Below are positions 20,062 through 30,080 of a stretch of DNA of 64,000 nucleotides, piece after piece (positions within the stretch are counted from its first letter, which is position 1; every line of letters starts with the position of its first letter). This stretch comes from Candidatus Humimonas hydrogenitrophica. Its GTDB lineage: Bacteria; Gemmatimonadota; Gemmatimonadetes; Palauibacterales; Palauibacteraceae. The notes below the pieces were generated by a model. The model worked only from the letters and a program-made list of their open reading frames with translations, had not been told where the DNA came from and did no database searches. The stretch lies in the NCBI GenBank assembly GCA_947581615.1, contig CANPVD010000064.1, positions 53,071-117,070 on the forward strand, read 5' to 3'. The translations under genes and the position numbers were made by a program.

Positions 20062-21939
20062 GTGCCGGAGACGGAGACGCTCCCGGGCGTCGCGGCTGGC
20101 GAGTTGGTCCGGGGCTCTCCGACGCCGGAGGGGCCGGCCGACGACCACCCCAGCGTCCGCGCGCTGCGCGAGCGGTTCGGGGAGGGGGTGGGGCGTACAC
20201 TGTTCGACGCGATCCACGTGCCCGTGGTGGTGGTCGTCCCGGAACGGGTCCGGGATGTCCTCGAGTTTCTCCGCGACGACGAGTCGCAGTCCTACGAGCT
20301 CCTGCTCGACGTCATGGGCGCCGACCTCGGAGGCGGTCGCCCGCTTCAGGTGTGGTACCAGCTCTGGTCGCTGCGGCACGGCCGCATGCTCCGGGTGGTG
20401 GCCGAGCCGCCGTGGGACGACCTGGCCGTGCCGACGGTCACGGGGCTCTACCGGACGGCCGACTGGCTGGAGCGCGAAGTCTATGACATGTACGGGGTGA
20501 CGTTCAGGGGTCATCCCGACCTCCGGCGGATCCTCATGCCGGAGAACTACGCCGAGGGTTTCCCCCTTCGGAAGGATTTCCCGTTGCGCGGGCGCTTCTC
20601 TCGTGCCGAGCAGGTGCGCCGCGCGCTGGGCGAGGGACTCGAGGACGTGTACGCCCTGTGGGAGCTCGAGCTGGCGGCGGGCATCGCCGGCGCGGATCGA
20701 GACGTCGAGTCGCTGGACCTGCCACCCCGCTTGAGCCCCGAAGACGTGGGACACATGGCCCGCGGGCTCGAGGGCGAGAAGATGCTCATCAACATCGGGC
20801 CGCAGCACCCCGCCACGCACGGCGTGTTGCGCCTGGTGCTGGAGCTGGACGGCGAGCGCGTCGTCCAATGCATCCCCCACCTCGGTTACCTGCACACCGG
20901 GTTCGAGAAGACGTGCGAGTACCGCGAGTGGAACCAGGTCGTGCCCTACACGGACCGCATGGACTACCTGGCGCCCATGATGTACAACATCGGCTACGCG
21001 CTGGCGGTCGAGAGCCTGCTGGAGATCGAGATCACGCCCCGCTGCCGGGTGGTTCGCGTCCTCCTCATGGAGTTGAACCGGATCCTGGGCCACCTGCTGT
21101 GGCTGGGGACGACGGGGATCGACCTGGGCGCGTTCACCGTGTTCCTGTACACCTTCCAGGAGCGTGAGCGCATCTACAACCTGCACGAGGCGTATTGCGG
21201 CGGGCGAATCACGACCTCCGTGACGCGGGTGGGGGGCATGGTGGCGGACCTCCCGGTGGGCTGGCTGGACGCCGTCGCCGAGTTCGTCCGGACTCTGCCG
21301 GAGACGCTCGACCAGGTCGAGGACCTGCTCACCAACAACGCCATCTGGCTGGCCCGGACCGAGGACATCGGCGTCATGAGCGCGGCCGAGGCGGTGAACC
21401 ACGGCCTCACGGGCCCCAATCTGCGGGCCAGCGGCGTCGCCTACGACGTCCGCAAGGCTCGCCCCTACCTGGGCTACGACGAGTACGACTTCGACGTCCC
21501 GGTGGGCGAGCACGGCGACACCTACGACCGGTACATGGTCCGAGTGGAGGAGATGCGGCAGAGCGTGCGCATCCTCGAGCAGGCCCTGGACCGGGGCGTG
21601 CCGGACGGCCCGATCAACGTGCAGGACCGGCGGGTGGTGCTGCCGCCCAAGAGCGAGGCCATGGGCAACATCGACTCCATGATCTCGCACTTCAAGCTCG
21701 TCATGGAGGGACTGCAGGTCCCGCCGGGCGAGGTGTGGTATTCGGTGGAGGCGTCCAAGGGAGAGCTCGGGTTCGGGATCATCTCGGACGGGGGCAACAA
21801 GCCCGTCCGCTGCCGCTTCCGGGCCCCGTCCTTCGTCAACCTCTCGGCCATCTCGACCATGGTGCAGGACGAACTGGTCGCGGATGTGATCGCGGTCAAC
21901 GCCTCCCTGGACATCGTCCTCGGCGAGATCGATCGATAG
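20062..21939 (+). CDS. nuoC: NADH-quinone oxidoreductase fused subunit C/D
   Basis: N-terminal 30-kDa-subunit domain (YRTADWLEREVYDMYGVTFRGHPDLRRIL) and C-terminal 49-kDa domain (NIGPQHPATHGVLRL) in one 625-aa ORF. Confidence 0.92.
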   Translation: MPETETLPGVAAGELVRGSPTPEGPADDHPSVRALRERFGEGVGRTLFDAIHVPVVVVVPERVRDVLEFLRDDESQSYELLLDVMGADLGGGRPLQVWYQLWSLRHGRMLRVVAEPPWDDLAVPTVTGLYRTADWLEREVYDMYGVTFRGHPDLRRILMPENYAEGFPLRKDFPLRGRFSRAEQVRRALGEGLEDVYALWELELAAGIAGADRDVESLDLPPRLSPEDVGHMARGLEGEKMLINIGPQHPATHGVLRLVLELDGERVVQCIPHLGYLHTGFEKTCEYREWNQVVPYTDRMDYLAPMMYNIGYALAVESLLEIEITPRCRVVRVLLMELNRILGHLLWLGTTGIDLGAFTVFLYTFQERERIYNLHEAYCGGRITTSVTRVGGMVADLPVGWLDAVAEFVRTLPETLDQVEDLLTNNAIWLARTEDIGVMSAAEAVNHGLTGPNLRASGVAYDVRKARPYLGYDEYDFDVPVGEHGDTYDRYMVRVEEMRQSVRILEQALDRGVPDGPINVQDRRVVLPPKSEAMGNIDSMISHFKLVMEGLQVPPGEVWYSVEASKGELGFGIISDGGNKPVRCRFRAPSFVNLSAISTMVQDELVADVIAVNASLDIVLGEIDR

Positions 21940-21940
21940 C

Positions 21941-22519
21941 ATGAGCGAGGAACTGCACCCCTCGGTGGCCGGCGCCCAGCCCTACATGCGCGAGGAGCGG
22001 CAGGGCTCGGGCACGACGGACGAGCCGCTGTTCGAGTCCGATGAGGGACGGGAGCGCCTCGAGAAGATCCGCAGCCGCTACCCGAGCGCCAGACCGGCCC
22101 TGCTGCCGCTTCTCAATTACGCGCAGGAGAAGAACGGGTGGGTTTCGACTCGCGCGATGGAGGAGATCGCCGGAGCCCTGGATCTCACCCCCGCCTGCGT
22201 GCACTCGGTCGCCACTTTCTACACGATGTACAACAAGCGGCCCGTGGGCCGGTACCTGATCCAGGTGTGCACGAACATCTCGTGCCACCTGAACCGGGGC
22301 GACGATGTGCTGGAGCGCTTCCTCGAGGAGACCGGAACGCGTCCGGGCGAGACGTCGGAGAACGGCCTGTTCACGGTGGTCGAAGCCGAGTGCCTCGGCG
22401 CCTGCGGCTTCGCCACGGTGGTACAGATCAACGAGGACTACGTCGAGAACGTGACGCCGGAGAAGGTGCCCGACATCGTGGACGCGCTGTGGGCCCGGGC
22501 CGAAGGGCGGGACGCCTAG
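21941..22519 (+). CDS. nuoE: NADH-quinone oxidoreductase subunit E
   Basis: 2Fe-2S cysteines CTNISCHL and CLGACGFA; 192 aa. Confidence 0.9.
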   Translation: MSEELHPSVAGAQPYMREERQGSGTTDEPLFESDEGRERLEKIRSRYPSARPALLPLLNYAQEKNGWVSTRAMEEIAGALDLTPACVHSVATFYTMYNKRPVGRYLIQVCTNISCHLNRGDDVLERFLEETGTRPGETSENGLFTVVEAECLGACGFATVVQINEDYVENVTPEKVPDIVDALWARAEGRDA

Positions 22520-23812
22520 ATGGCCTTCCCGCATCGGCACGACCTCGAGACCACCACGCTCCTCTCCCGGCACATGGGGGAGGAGGAGGCCCGCCACCTG
22601 GACACGTGGCTCGAGCGGGGCGGCTACGAGGGCCTGCGGAAGGCCCTGACCATGGAGCCCGAGGAGATCGTCCAGGTCGTCAAGGACTCGGGCCTCAGGG
22701 GGAGGGGCGGAGCCGGTTTCCCGACGGGCATGAAGTGGAGCTTCATGCCGGGCGCCGACGACGACCGGCCGCACTACCTGTGCTGCAACGCCGATGAGAG
22801 CGAGCCGGGGGCGTTCAAGGACCGCGAGGTCCTGCGCTGGTCACCGCATCTCCTGATCGAGGGCTGCATGATCGCGGCCCGCGCCATCCGCGCCCGGCAC
22901 GCCTACATCTACATCCGCGGCGAGTTCTTCCCGGTGCTACCCATCCTCAACCGGGCCGTGTCCGACGCATACCGCGAGGGATACCTGGGCGAGGGCATCA
23001 TGGGAAGCGGCTGGAGCTGCGACCTCACGGTGCACGTCGGCGCCGGGGCGTACATCGCGGGCGAGGAGACCGGGCTGATGGCCTCCCTGGAGGGCCGCCG
23101 GGCCGAGCCGCGAGTGAAGCCGCCGTTCCCGGCCCAGGTCGGGATCTTCGGCCAGCCGACCACGGTCAACAACGTGGAGACCCTGGCCGCGGTCCCGATG
23201 ATCCTCACGAACGGGGCCGAGTGGTATCGGCAGTGGGGGACCGAGAAGAGCCCGGGCACCAAGCTGTGGTGCTGCTCGGGCCACCTGAACCGGCCGGGGA
23301 ACTACGAGATGGCCCTGGGGGTGCCGCTCAAGGACATCCTGTTCGACGTGTGCGGCGGGATTCCCGAGGGACGGGCCGTGCGGGCCGTGATCCCCGGGGG
23401 CTCGTCCACGGCCTACCTCACGCCGGACGAGCTCGACTGCGAGACGACGTACGAGGGGCTCAAGGAAGCGGGGAGCTCACTCGGTACGGCTTCTCCCATC
23501 GTGATGGACGAGAGCACCTGCCTGCTGCGGGCCACCCGGAGGATCGCCCAGTTCTACGCCCACGAGTCGTGCGGACAGTGCGTCCAGTGCCGCGAGGGCA
23601 CCGAGTGGGTCACGGAGATCCTCACCCGCATCGAGCACGGCGATGGCCGCATGGAGGACATCGACACGCTCTACGACCTGTGCGAGCAGCTCACCGGCCG
23701 GACGATCTGCGTGCTGGCCGACAGCGTCGTCTTTCCCCTGAAGTCCTCTCTCGACAAGTTCCGCGACGAATACGAGGCGCACATCCTCCGGGACACGTGC
23801 ACGGCGACATGA
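22520..23812 (+). CDS. nuoF: NADH-quinone oxidoreductase subunit F
   Basis: FMN/NADH site GAGAYIAGEETGL; N3-cluster motif ESCGQCVQCREGT. Confidence 0.93.
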   Translation: MAFPHRHDLETTTLLSRHMGEEEARHLDTWLERGGYEGLRKALTMEPEEIVQVVKDSGLRGRGGAGFPTGMKWSFMPGADDDRPHYLCCNADESEPGAFKDREVLRWSPHLLIEGCMIAARAIRARHAYIYIRGEFFPVLPILNRAVSDAYREGYLGEGIMGSGWSCDLTVHVGAGAYIAGEETGLMASLEGRRAEPRVKPPFPAQVGIFGQPTTVNNVETLAAVPMILTNGAEWYRQWGTEKSPGTKLWCCSGHLNRPGNYEMALGVPLKDILFDVCGGIPEGRAVRAVIPGGSSTAYLTPDELDCETTYEGLKEAGSSLGTASPIVMDESTCLLRATRRIAQFYAHESCGQCVQCREGTEWVTEILTRIEHGDGRMEDIDTLYDLCEQLTGRTICVLADSVVFPLKSSLDKFRDEYEAHILRDTCTAT

Positions 23813-25419
23813 GCGAGCAGTCGGGAAGCCAGGAAGCGGTCACGCTCATCATCGACGACGTCGAGGTGACGGTCCCCACCGGGACGAAGGTCCTCGATGC
23901 CGCCGAGCGAGCCGGCGTGGTCGTGCCACACTATTGCTACCATCCGGGCATTCCGACCCGGCCGGCCCAGTGCCGGGTTTGCCTGGTATCGGTGGAGGGG
24001 CAGGGGAAGCTGCAACCCTCCTGCGTGCTGGATGCCCAGCAGGACATGGTGGTCCACACGGCCACCGAGGAGGCCAAGCTCGCCCGCAAGTCGGTGATCG
24101 AGTTTCTGCTCGTGAACCATCCGCTCGATTGTCCGATCTGTGACGCGGCGGGGCAATGCATGCTCCAGGACTACGCGTTCGAGACCGGCCAGCTGGAGAG
24201 TCGAGTCGAGGAGCCCAAGCTGGTCATGGGGCGGGACCGGATCGCCGACGATGTCCTCTACTTCGCCGACCGGTGCATCATCTGCACGCGTTGCGTCCGG
24301 TTCATGCGCGAGGTGGCGCGGGACGACGCGCTCATCGTGGCCCAGCGGGGCCACCGGGCCTATATCGACACCTTTCCGGGGACGGAGCTCGACAACCCGT
24401 TCCACGGCAACATCGTCGACGTGTGCCCGGTCGGTGCGCTGGTGCACGAGGACTTCCTGTTCAAGGCCCGCTTCTGGGACATGGACTCGGCGTCCAGCAT
24501 CTGTCCGGGCTGCTCGAACGGCTGCAACGTCTCGGTGGCCAGCAAGGAGAACCAGGTCGTTCGGCTCAAGCCCCGGCACAACGCCGCGGTCAACTCTTAC
24601 TGGATGTGCGATCACGGGCGCGGACAGCTCGTGATGGCCAATCGTGGCATCCGCGCCGAGGTCCCGCTGCTGCGAGACGAGGACGGCGAGCTGCGGCCCG
24701 CGGACTGGAAGGATGCGCTGGATCGCGTGGCCTCGGATCTTTCGGAGCTCGGCGGCGGCGGCCGGGCCGTAGTGAGCCCCCACGCCTGCAACGAGAGCCT
24801 GCACCAGCTCCGCCGCCTTCTGGAGCTACTCGGCTTCCAGGGCGGGGAGTTTCGGGTGGAGCAGGGCGGGGAAGCCACGCTGGACGGCTTTCCGAAGCTG
24901 AAGCTGCGCGCCGACCGCGCCCCCAACGCGACCGGGGCCGAGCTGTTGGGCTTCGAGCGCGTGGAGTCGCTGGCGGAACCGGGGCCGGGTGAGGTCCTGG
25001 TCGTGCTGGGAGAGCGCCTCGACGCGGACCCCACGCTGCCGGACGCGGCGTTCGGGGAGCATGCGGGCTATGTGCTCTACCTGGGCACGCGGATCACCGA
25101 GGCGGCGCGCCGGGCCGACGCCATCCTTCCCGTCACCTCCTCCGCCGAGATGCAGGGGACGTTCACGAACTGGGAGGGCCGGGTGCAGCGCTTCGACCAG
25201 GCGCTGCGCGAAGCGGGGATCGCCCGGCCCGCCTGGATGGTGCTGAGCCGGCTGGTCGGGCTGCTGGGCGGCGAGGGTGCCACCCGCCTCGAGGCGGCCG
25301 ACGCCTTCGACGCCATGGCGGCCGACACGTCCGGCATGGAGGGCATGGACTGGCTGTCCCTGGGTCTCAAGGGCCTGCCGCTGGCGAGTCCGGCGGACGT
25401 GGCAGGAGGGGCGTCCTGA
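23809..25419 (+). CDS. nuoG: NADH-quinone oxidoreductase subunit G (short, about 536-aa form)
   Basis: ATG overlaps the nuoF stop (ATGA). 2Fe-2S CYHPGI...CRVCLV; 4Fe-4S CPICDAAGQC and CIICTRCVRF. The C-terminal molybdopterin-like domain is largely absent. Confidence 0.88.
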   Translation: MSEQSGSQEAVTLIIDDVEVTVPTGTKVLDAAERAGVVVPHYCYHPGIPTRPAQCRVCLVSVEGQGKLQPSCVLDAQQDMVVHTATEEAKLARKSVIEFLLVNHPLDCPICDAAGQCMLQDYAFETGQLESRVEEPKLVMGRDRIADDVLYFADRCIICTRCVRFMREVARDDALIVAQRGHRAYIDTFPGTELDNPFHGNIVDVCPVGALVHEDFLFKARFWDMDSASSICPGCSNGCNVSVASKENQVVRLKPRHNAAVNSYWMCDHGRGQLVMANRGIRAEVPLLRDEDGELRPADWKDALDRVASDLSELGGGGRAVVSPHACNESLHQLRRLLELLGFQGGEFRVEQGGEATLDGFPKLKLRADRAPNATGAELLGFERVESLAEPGPGEVLVVLGERLDADPTLPDAAFGEHAGYVLYLGTRITEAARRADAILPVTSSAEMQGTFTNWEGRVQRFDQALREAGIARPAWMVLSRLVGLLGGEGATRLEAADAFDAMAADTSGMEGMDWLSLGLKGLPLASPADVAGGAS

Positions 25420-25420
25420 C

Positions 25421-26707
25421 GTGGAGACGCTGACCGGCGCCCACTTCGTGTGGATGACGATCTTCAAGGTCGTCCTGTTCTTCACCCTCCTGATGCTGAT
25501 GGTGGGGGGGGTGGTCATGTTCGAGCGCAAGGTGGCCGGCTTCATCCAGGACCGGAGTGGTCCCAACCGGGTGGGACCGTGGGGGCTGCTGCAGACCATG
25601 GCGGACGGGATCAAGTTCCTCCTCAAGGAGGAGACCTACCCCGATGCCGCGCAGGCCGTCTTCTACCTGCTGGCCCCCGTGATGGCCATGGTGCCGGCCA
25701 CGATCCTGTTCGCGGTCATTCCGTTCGCCTCGCCGCTACCGACGGGGTGGGGGCTCGTCCACATGATCGTGGCGGATGTCCCGGTGGGCTTCCTGTACGT
25801 GCTGGCCATCGGGTCGTTCGGCGTATATGGCGTGGTAATGGCGGGGTGGTCCTCCGGGAGCAAGTACGCCTTCCTGGGCGGGATGCGCGGCTCCGCGCAG
25901 ATGATCAGCTACGAGGTCGGCCTCGCGCTCACCCTGGTTCCCATCGTGCTGTTGGGCGGCGGCGTCCGCATCCCGGACCTCATCTCGCTGCAGCAGGGCT
26001 TCACGGGCCAGGGGCCCGCAACGCTGGGCATGTGGCTGTTCCTGCCGCTCGGCGTGAGCTTCCTGCTCTTCTTCATCACGGGGCTCGCCGAGACCAAACG
26101 GATCCCGTTCGACCTGCCGGAGGCCGAGGCCGAGCTCATCGCGGGCTACCACACCGAGTATTCGGCCATGAAGTTCGGCATGTTCTTCCTGGGCGAGTAT
26201 GCCCACATGCTGACCACCGCGGCCCTGATCACGGTGTTCTTCCTGGGCGGCTGGGACATCCCGTTCTGGCACGGGGACAACATCCGCGTGCTCGCCGATG
26301 GCACGGTCATCGGCGACCCCACCTGGTGGAAGACCGTCCTCACCTTCCTGAGCTTCACGATCAAGACGAGTCTCCTGGTGACCGTGTTCGTGTGGATCCG
26401 GTGGACCCTGCCGCGCTTCCGTTACGATCAACTCATGGAGCTCGGCTGGAAGTTCGTGATCGTGGCCGCCACGGCCTACGTGTTCGTGGTCGCCGGCTCG
26501 GTGCTTGTCCTGGACCGGCTCGGCGTTCACTTCGGCCTCCCGTACGCGGCGATCCTGACGGGCGTCAACGTCGTCCTCCTCGGCCTCCTGCTGTTCGTGG
26601 TCGATCGGGGCCGACTGGCGCGCGGTGCCGCCTACACGGTGACGCGAGGGCTGGGGCGCGCCAGCCGTCGCTCCGGGACCGGCCCGGCCGCGGCGGGTCG
26701 GTCGTGA
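25421..26707 (+). CDS. nuoH: NADH-quinone oxidoreductase subunit H (with Arg/Gly-rich C-terminal tail)
   Basis: GTG one nt after the nuoG stop, with an aggagg RBS; an alternative ATG lies at 25454. Conserved MFERKVAGFIQDRSGPNRVGPWGLLQ and GWSSGSKYAFLGGMR. Confidence 0.88.
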   Translation: METLTGAHFVWMTIFKVVLFFTLLMLMVGGVVMFERKVAGFIQDRSGPNRVGPWGLLQTMADGIKFLLKEETYPDAAQAVFYLLAPVMAMVPATILFAVIPFASPLPTGWGLVHMIVADVPVGFLYVLAIGSFGVYGVVMAGWSSGSKYAFLGGMRGSAQMISYEVGLALTLVPIVLLGGGVRIPDLISLQQGFTGQGPATLGMWLFLPLGVSFLLFFITGLAETKRIPFDLPEAEAELIAGYHTEYSAMKFGMFFLGEYAHMLTTAALITVFFLGGWDIPFWHGDNIRVLADGTVIGDPTWWKTVLTFLSFTIKTSLLVTVFVWIRWTLPRFRYDQLMELGWKFVIVAATAYVFVVAGSVLVLDRLGVHFGLPYAAILTGVNVVLLGLLLFVVDRGRLARGAAYTVTRGLGRASRRSGTGPAAAGRS

Positions 26708-26761
26708 GCCACGGACGGGGTCGGGTGAGCGACGTGACTCGAGACGAGCGAGGCTGAGGCC

Positions 26762-27259
26762 ATGCCCGGCGATGTGAAGGTGCTGCGGCGTCCCGAGGAG
26801 AAGGGCTCCTACGTGCGCGCCGCGCTCAAGGGGATGAGCGTGACCTTCCGTCACATGGTCAATCCGAGGAAGGTCACCCAGCAGTACCCGGACGAGAAGT
26901 GGGAGCTGGCCCCACGCATGCGGGGGACGCACCGGATGGCCACCCACGAGGACGGTCGTGCCAAGTGCGTGGCTTGCGGCCTGTGCCCGACGGTGTGTCC
27001 GGTCAACTGCATCAAGCTCATCCCGGCCGAGGACGAGAACGGGGAGCGCTACGCGGCGGTCTACGAGATCGACGAGTTCCGCTGCATCTTCTGCGGCTTC
27101 TGCCAGGAGGTGTGTCCGGTGGAGGCGATCCACCTGGGCGTGCACTACGAGAACGCCGAGTACTCCCGGGAGCGCTGGGTCTACGACCTGGAGCGCCTGT
27201 GCGACCAGGACCAGCCGTTCACGGCGCTGTGGGACCCGGCCGACCCGGCCTCCGAGTGA
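26762..27259 (+). CDS. nuoI: NADH-quinone oxidoreductase subunit I
   Basis: Two ferredoxin-type motifs CVACGLCPTVCP and CIFCGFCQEVCP. Confidence 0.93.
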   Translation: MPGDVKVLRRPEEKGSYVRAALKGMSVTFRHMVNPRKVTQQYPDEKWELAPRMRGTHRMATHEDGRAKCVACGLCPTVCPVNCIKLIPAEDENGERYAAVYEIDEFRCIFCGFCQEVCPVEAIHLGVHYENAEYSRERWVYDLERLCDQDQPFTALWDPADPASE

Positions 27260-27260
27260 C

Positions 27261-27788
27261 ATGACCGAATTCCTGTTCTTCCTGTTGTCGGCGGCGGCGC
27301 TCCTCAGCGCCGTGTTCGTCGTCGTGAGCCGGAAGCCCGTGGCGAGCGTGATGTTCCTCATCGTCACGCTGTTCTCGCTGGCCGGGCTGTTCGTGCTCCT
27401 GGAGGCCCACTTCCTGGCCGCCGTTCAGGTGATCGTCTACGCCGGGGCCATCATGGTCCTGTTCTTGTTCGTGGTCATGCTGCTCAACCTGGGCCATGTC
27501 GAGCTGCCGGACTTCAGGAGCGCGATGGCGCGCCTGCTGGCCGGCGCGTTCGGGATCGCCCTGGCCGCGTTCACGGCGTGGACGCTGCTCAACGGAAGCG
27601 ATCCGCTGACGGCCTACGGCGCCAGCGCGGCCGACCCGATCCAGTCCGTCCTGAAGGCCAGGGGAGCGATCGGCGCGCTCGCGGTCCCGCTGTTTCGTAC
27701 GTACCTCGTGCCGTTCGAGGTCACTTCGCTCCTGCTGCTGGTGGCGATCATCGGGTCCGTGGTGCTGGCCCGGAAGGAAGCACCCTAG
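27261..27788 (+). CDS. nuoJ: NADH-quinone oxidoreductase subunit J
   Basis: 175 aa, five TM helices; MTEFLFFLLSAAALLSAVFVVVSRKPV. ATG lies 1 nt after the nuoI stop. Confidence 0.88.
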   Translation: MTEFLFFLLSAAALLSAVFVVVSRKPVASVMFLIVTLFSLAGLFVLLEAHFLAAVQVIVYAGAIMVLFLFVVMLLNLGHVELPDFRSAMARLLAGAFGIALAAFTAWTLLNGSDPLTAYGASAADPIQSVLKARGAIGALAVPLFRTYLVPFEVTSLLLLVAIIGSVVLARKEAP

Positions 27789-28094
27789 GTGACCTCGACC
27801 CTGATCCGCGTCGCGCTGCTGGTGAGTGCCGCGCTGTTCGCCATCGGAGTCACGGGCGTCCTGCTGAGGCGTAACGCCATCGTGGTCTTCCTGTGCGTGG
27901 AGCTCATGCTCAACGCCGTGAACCTCAGCCTGGTGGCGTTCTCGCGGCTCCTGGGGATCGATGGACAGATCATCGTGTTCTTCGTCATGGCGGTGGCGGC
28001 GGCCGAGGCCGCCGTGGGTCTGGCGATCATCATCGCGGTCTTCCGCCATTACGAGGATGTCGACGTCGACCGATTCGACCTGCTGAAGTGGTGA
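27789..28094 (+). CDS. nuoK: NADH-quinone oxidoreductase subunit K
   Basis: 101 aa, three TM helices; [18 protein letters not shown]. Confidence 0.9.
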   Translation: MTSTLIRVALLVSAALFAIGVTGVLLRRNAIVVFLCVELMLNAVNLSLVAFSRLLGIDGQIIVFFVMAVAAAEAAVGLAIIIAVFRHYEDVDVDRFDLLKW

Positions 28095-30079
28095 TGTACC
28101 ACCCGATCCTCCCGGCCCTGGTCCTGGCGCTGCCGCTGGCGGGCGCGATCATCAACGGCGTGGGCGCGTTCCTGTGGCGAGAGGACCACCGCGTGGCGCG
28201 CTGGGTCGGCCCGCTCGCCGTGGGCGCCTCCTTCGTCGTGGTGGCGATCAACTTCTTCGCCATGAAGGCCTCGGGCACGACCGCGGCCTCGGTGGTGTCG
28301 CTATGGACCTGGATCGCGGCGGGCGGGCTCCACGTGGGCGTGGACCTGCAGTTCGACCGGTTGTCGATGGTGATGATGCTGATCGTGACCGGCGTCAGCA
28401 CCCTGATCCACGTGTACAGCATCGGGTACATGCGGGGCGATCCGGGCTTCAACCGGTTCTTCGCCTACCTGAACCTGTTCGTGTTCTTCATGCTGGTGCT
28501 GGTCACGGCCGCCAGCTTCCCGCTCATGTTCGTGGGGTGGGAGGGGGTGGGGCTGTGTTCGTACCTGCTGATCGGCTTCTGGTACGAGAACGAGGCCTAC
28601 TCGAACGCGGGCAAGAAGGCGTTCATCGTCAACCGCATCGGCGACTTCGGCTTCCTGGTCGCCATGTTCATCATCTTCGGGATCTTCGGGAGCCTGGACT
28701 TCTCGCAGGTCCTGCCGGCCGCCACGGGTCACCTGCGCTACGGCGACGTCTGGGCCACGCTCATCACGCTGTTCCTGTTCCTGGCGTGCATGGGGAAGTC
28801 GGCCCAGATCCCGCTGTACGTGTGGCTCCCGGACGCCATGGCGGGTCCGACGCCGGTCTCCGCCCTGATCCACGCCGCCACGATGGTGACGGCGGGCGTG
28901 TACCTGGTGGCTCGCACGAGCGTGCTGTTCGCGCTGGCGCCGATCAGCCAGGCGGTGGTGGCGACGGTGGGCGCCGGTACCGCCCTGTTCGCGGCGACCA
29001 TCGCCACCCAACAGTGGGACATCAAGAAGGTGCTGGCCTACAGCACGATCTCCCAGCTGGGCTACATGTTCCTGGCGGTCGGCGTGGGAGCCTTCACGGC
29101 GGGCATCTTCCACCTCATGACCCACGCCTTCTTCAAGGCGCTCCTCTTCCTGGGAGCCGGCGCGGTCATCCACTCGGTCGAGCACGCCTGGCACGAGGCG
29201 GGCCGGCACGGCGGCGATCCGAACGACATGCGCAACCACGGCGACCTGCGCCGCTGGATGCCCGTTACCTGGATCACGATGTGGTCGGCCACCCTGGCCA
29301 TCTCGGGGGTGTTCCCGTTCGCGGGCTTCTTCTCCAAGGACGAGGTGATCTGGAAGTCGGGCGTGCTGGGCTATCCACTGCTGTGGGGCGTGGCGCTGGT
29401 GGCCGCCTTCCTGACCGCGGGCTACATGGCGCGGCTCATGGCGCTCACCTTCCACGGGGGCGAGAACCGCACCGGGGAAGAGGCCCGCGGCCACCTGCAC
29501 GGCGCCCCGCTGGCCATGGCGGTGCCGCTCGTGGTGCTCGGGGTCCTGTCGCTGGTGGGCGGCTGGATCCAGATCCCGGAGGCGCTGCCCCTTCCGCACG
29601 TCAGCGCGCTCGAAGGCTGGCTGGACCCCGTGTTCGAGCCGGCTCACCACGTGATGGCCATGCACGGCGGCGCCGCGGCGACGGCGGCGCCGCTGGGCGG
29701 GGGAGAGCTCACCTGGGGTCTGATCTCGACCGTGGTGGCGCTGGCCGTGGTCGTGTGGATCTTCCTCGCCGTGGTGCGCCGCCGCTACCGTCCGGCGGCC
29801 GAGTCCCCCGAGCCCACCGGGCTGTCGCTAGTCCTGTACCGGAAGTGGTACGTGGACGAGCTCTACGACCGGCTCATCGTCCGCCCGCTCATGGCGCTGT
29901 GGAGGGGGTGCTGGAAGATCGTGGACGACGGCCTCATCGACGGCACGGTGAACGGGCTGGCCTCGGGCGCGCGGGCGGTGGGCTGGGTGGGGAGCCAGCT
30001 GCAGTCGGGCCGGTTGGGGGCCTACGTCCTCCTGTTCATGGTCGGCGTCCTGGTCATCCTCGGAACGGTGGCCTTCTAG
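28094..30079 (+). CDS. nuoL: NADH-quinone oxidoreductase subunit L
   Basis: ATG overlaps the nuoK TGA (TGATG). Antiporter-like subunit, about 660 aa; WLPDAMAGPTPVSALIHAATMVTAGVYL. Confidence 0.9.
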   Translation: MYHPILPALVLALPLAGAIINGVGAFLWREDHRVARWVGPLAVGASFVVVAINFFAMKASGTTAASVVSLWTWIAAGGLHVGVDLQFDRLSMVMMLIVTGVSTLIHVYSIGYMRGDPGFNRFFAYLNLFVFFMLVLVTAASFPLMFVGWEGVGLCSYLLIGFWYENEAYSNAGKKAFIVNRIGDFGFLVAMFIIFGIFGSLDFSQVLPAATGHLRYGDVWATLITLFLFLACMGKSAQIPLYVWLPDAMAGPTPVSALIHAATMVTAGVYLVARTSVLFALAPISQAVVATVGAGTALFAATIATQQWDIKKVLAYSTISQLGYMFLAVGVGAFTAGIFHLMTHAFFKALLFLGAGAVIHSVEHAWHEAGRHGGDPNDMRNHGDLRRWMPVTWITMWSATLAISGVFPFAGFFSKDEVIWKSGVLGYPLLWGVALVAAFLTAGYMARLMALTFHGGENRTGEEARGHLHGAPLAMAVPLVVLGVLSLVGGWIQIPEALPLPHVSALEGWLDPVFEPAHHVMAMHGGAAATAAPLGGGELTWGLISTVVALAVVVWIFLAVVRRRYRPAAESPEPTGLSLVLYRKWYVDELYDRLIVRPLMALWRGCWKIVDDGLIDGTVNGLASGARAVGWVGSQLQSGRLGAYVLLFMVGVLVILGTVAF

Positions 30080-30080
30080 G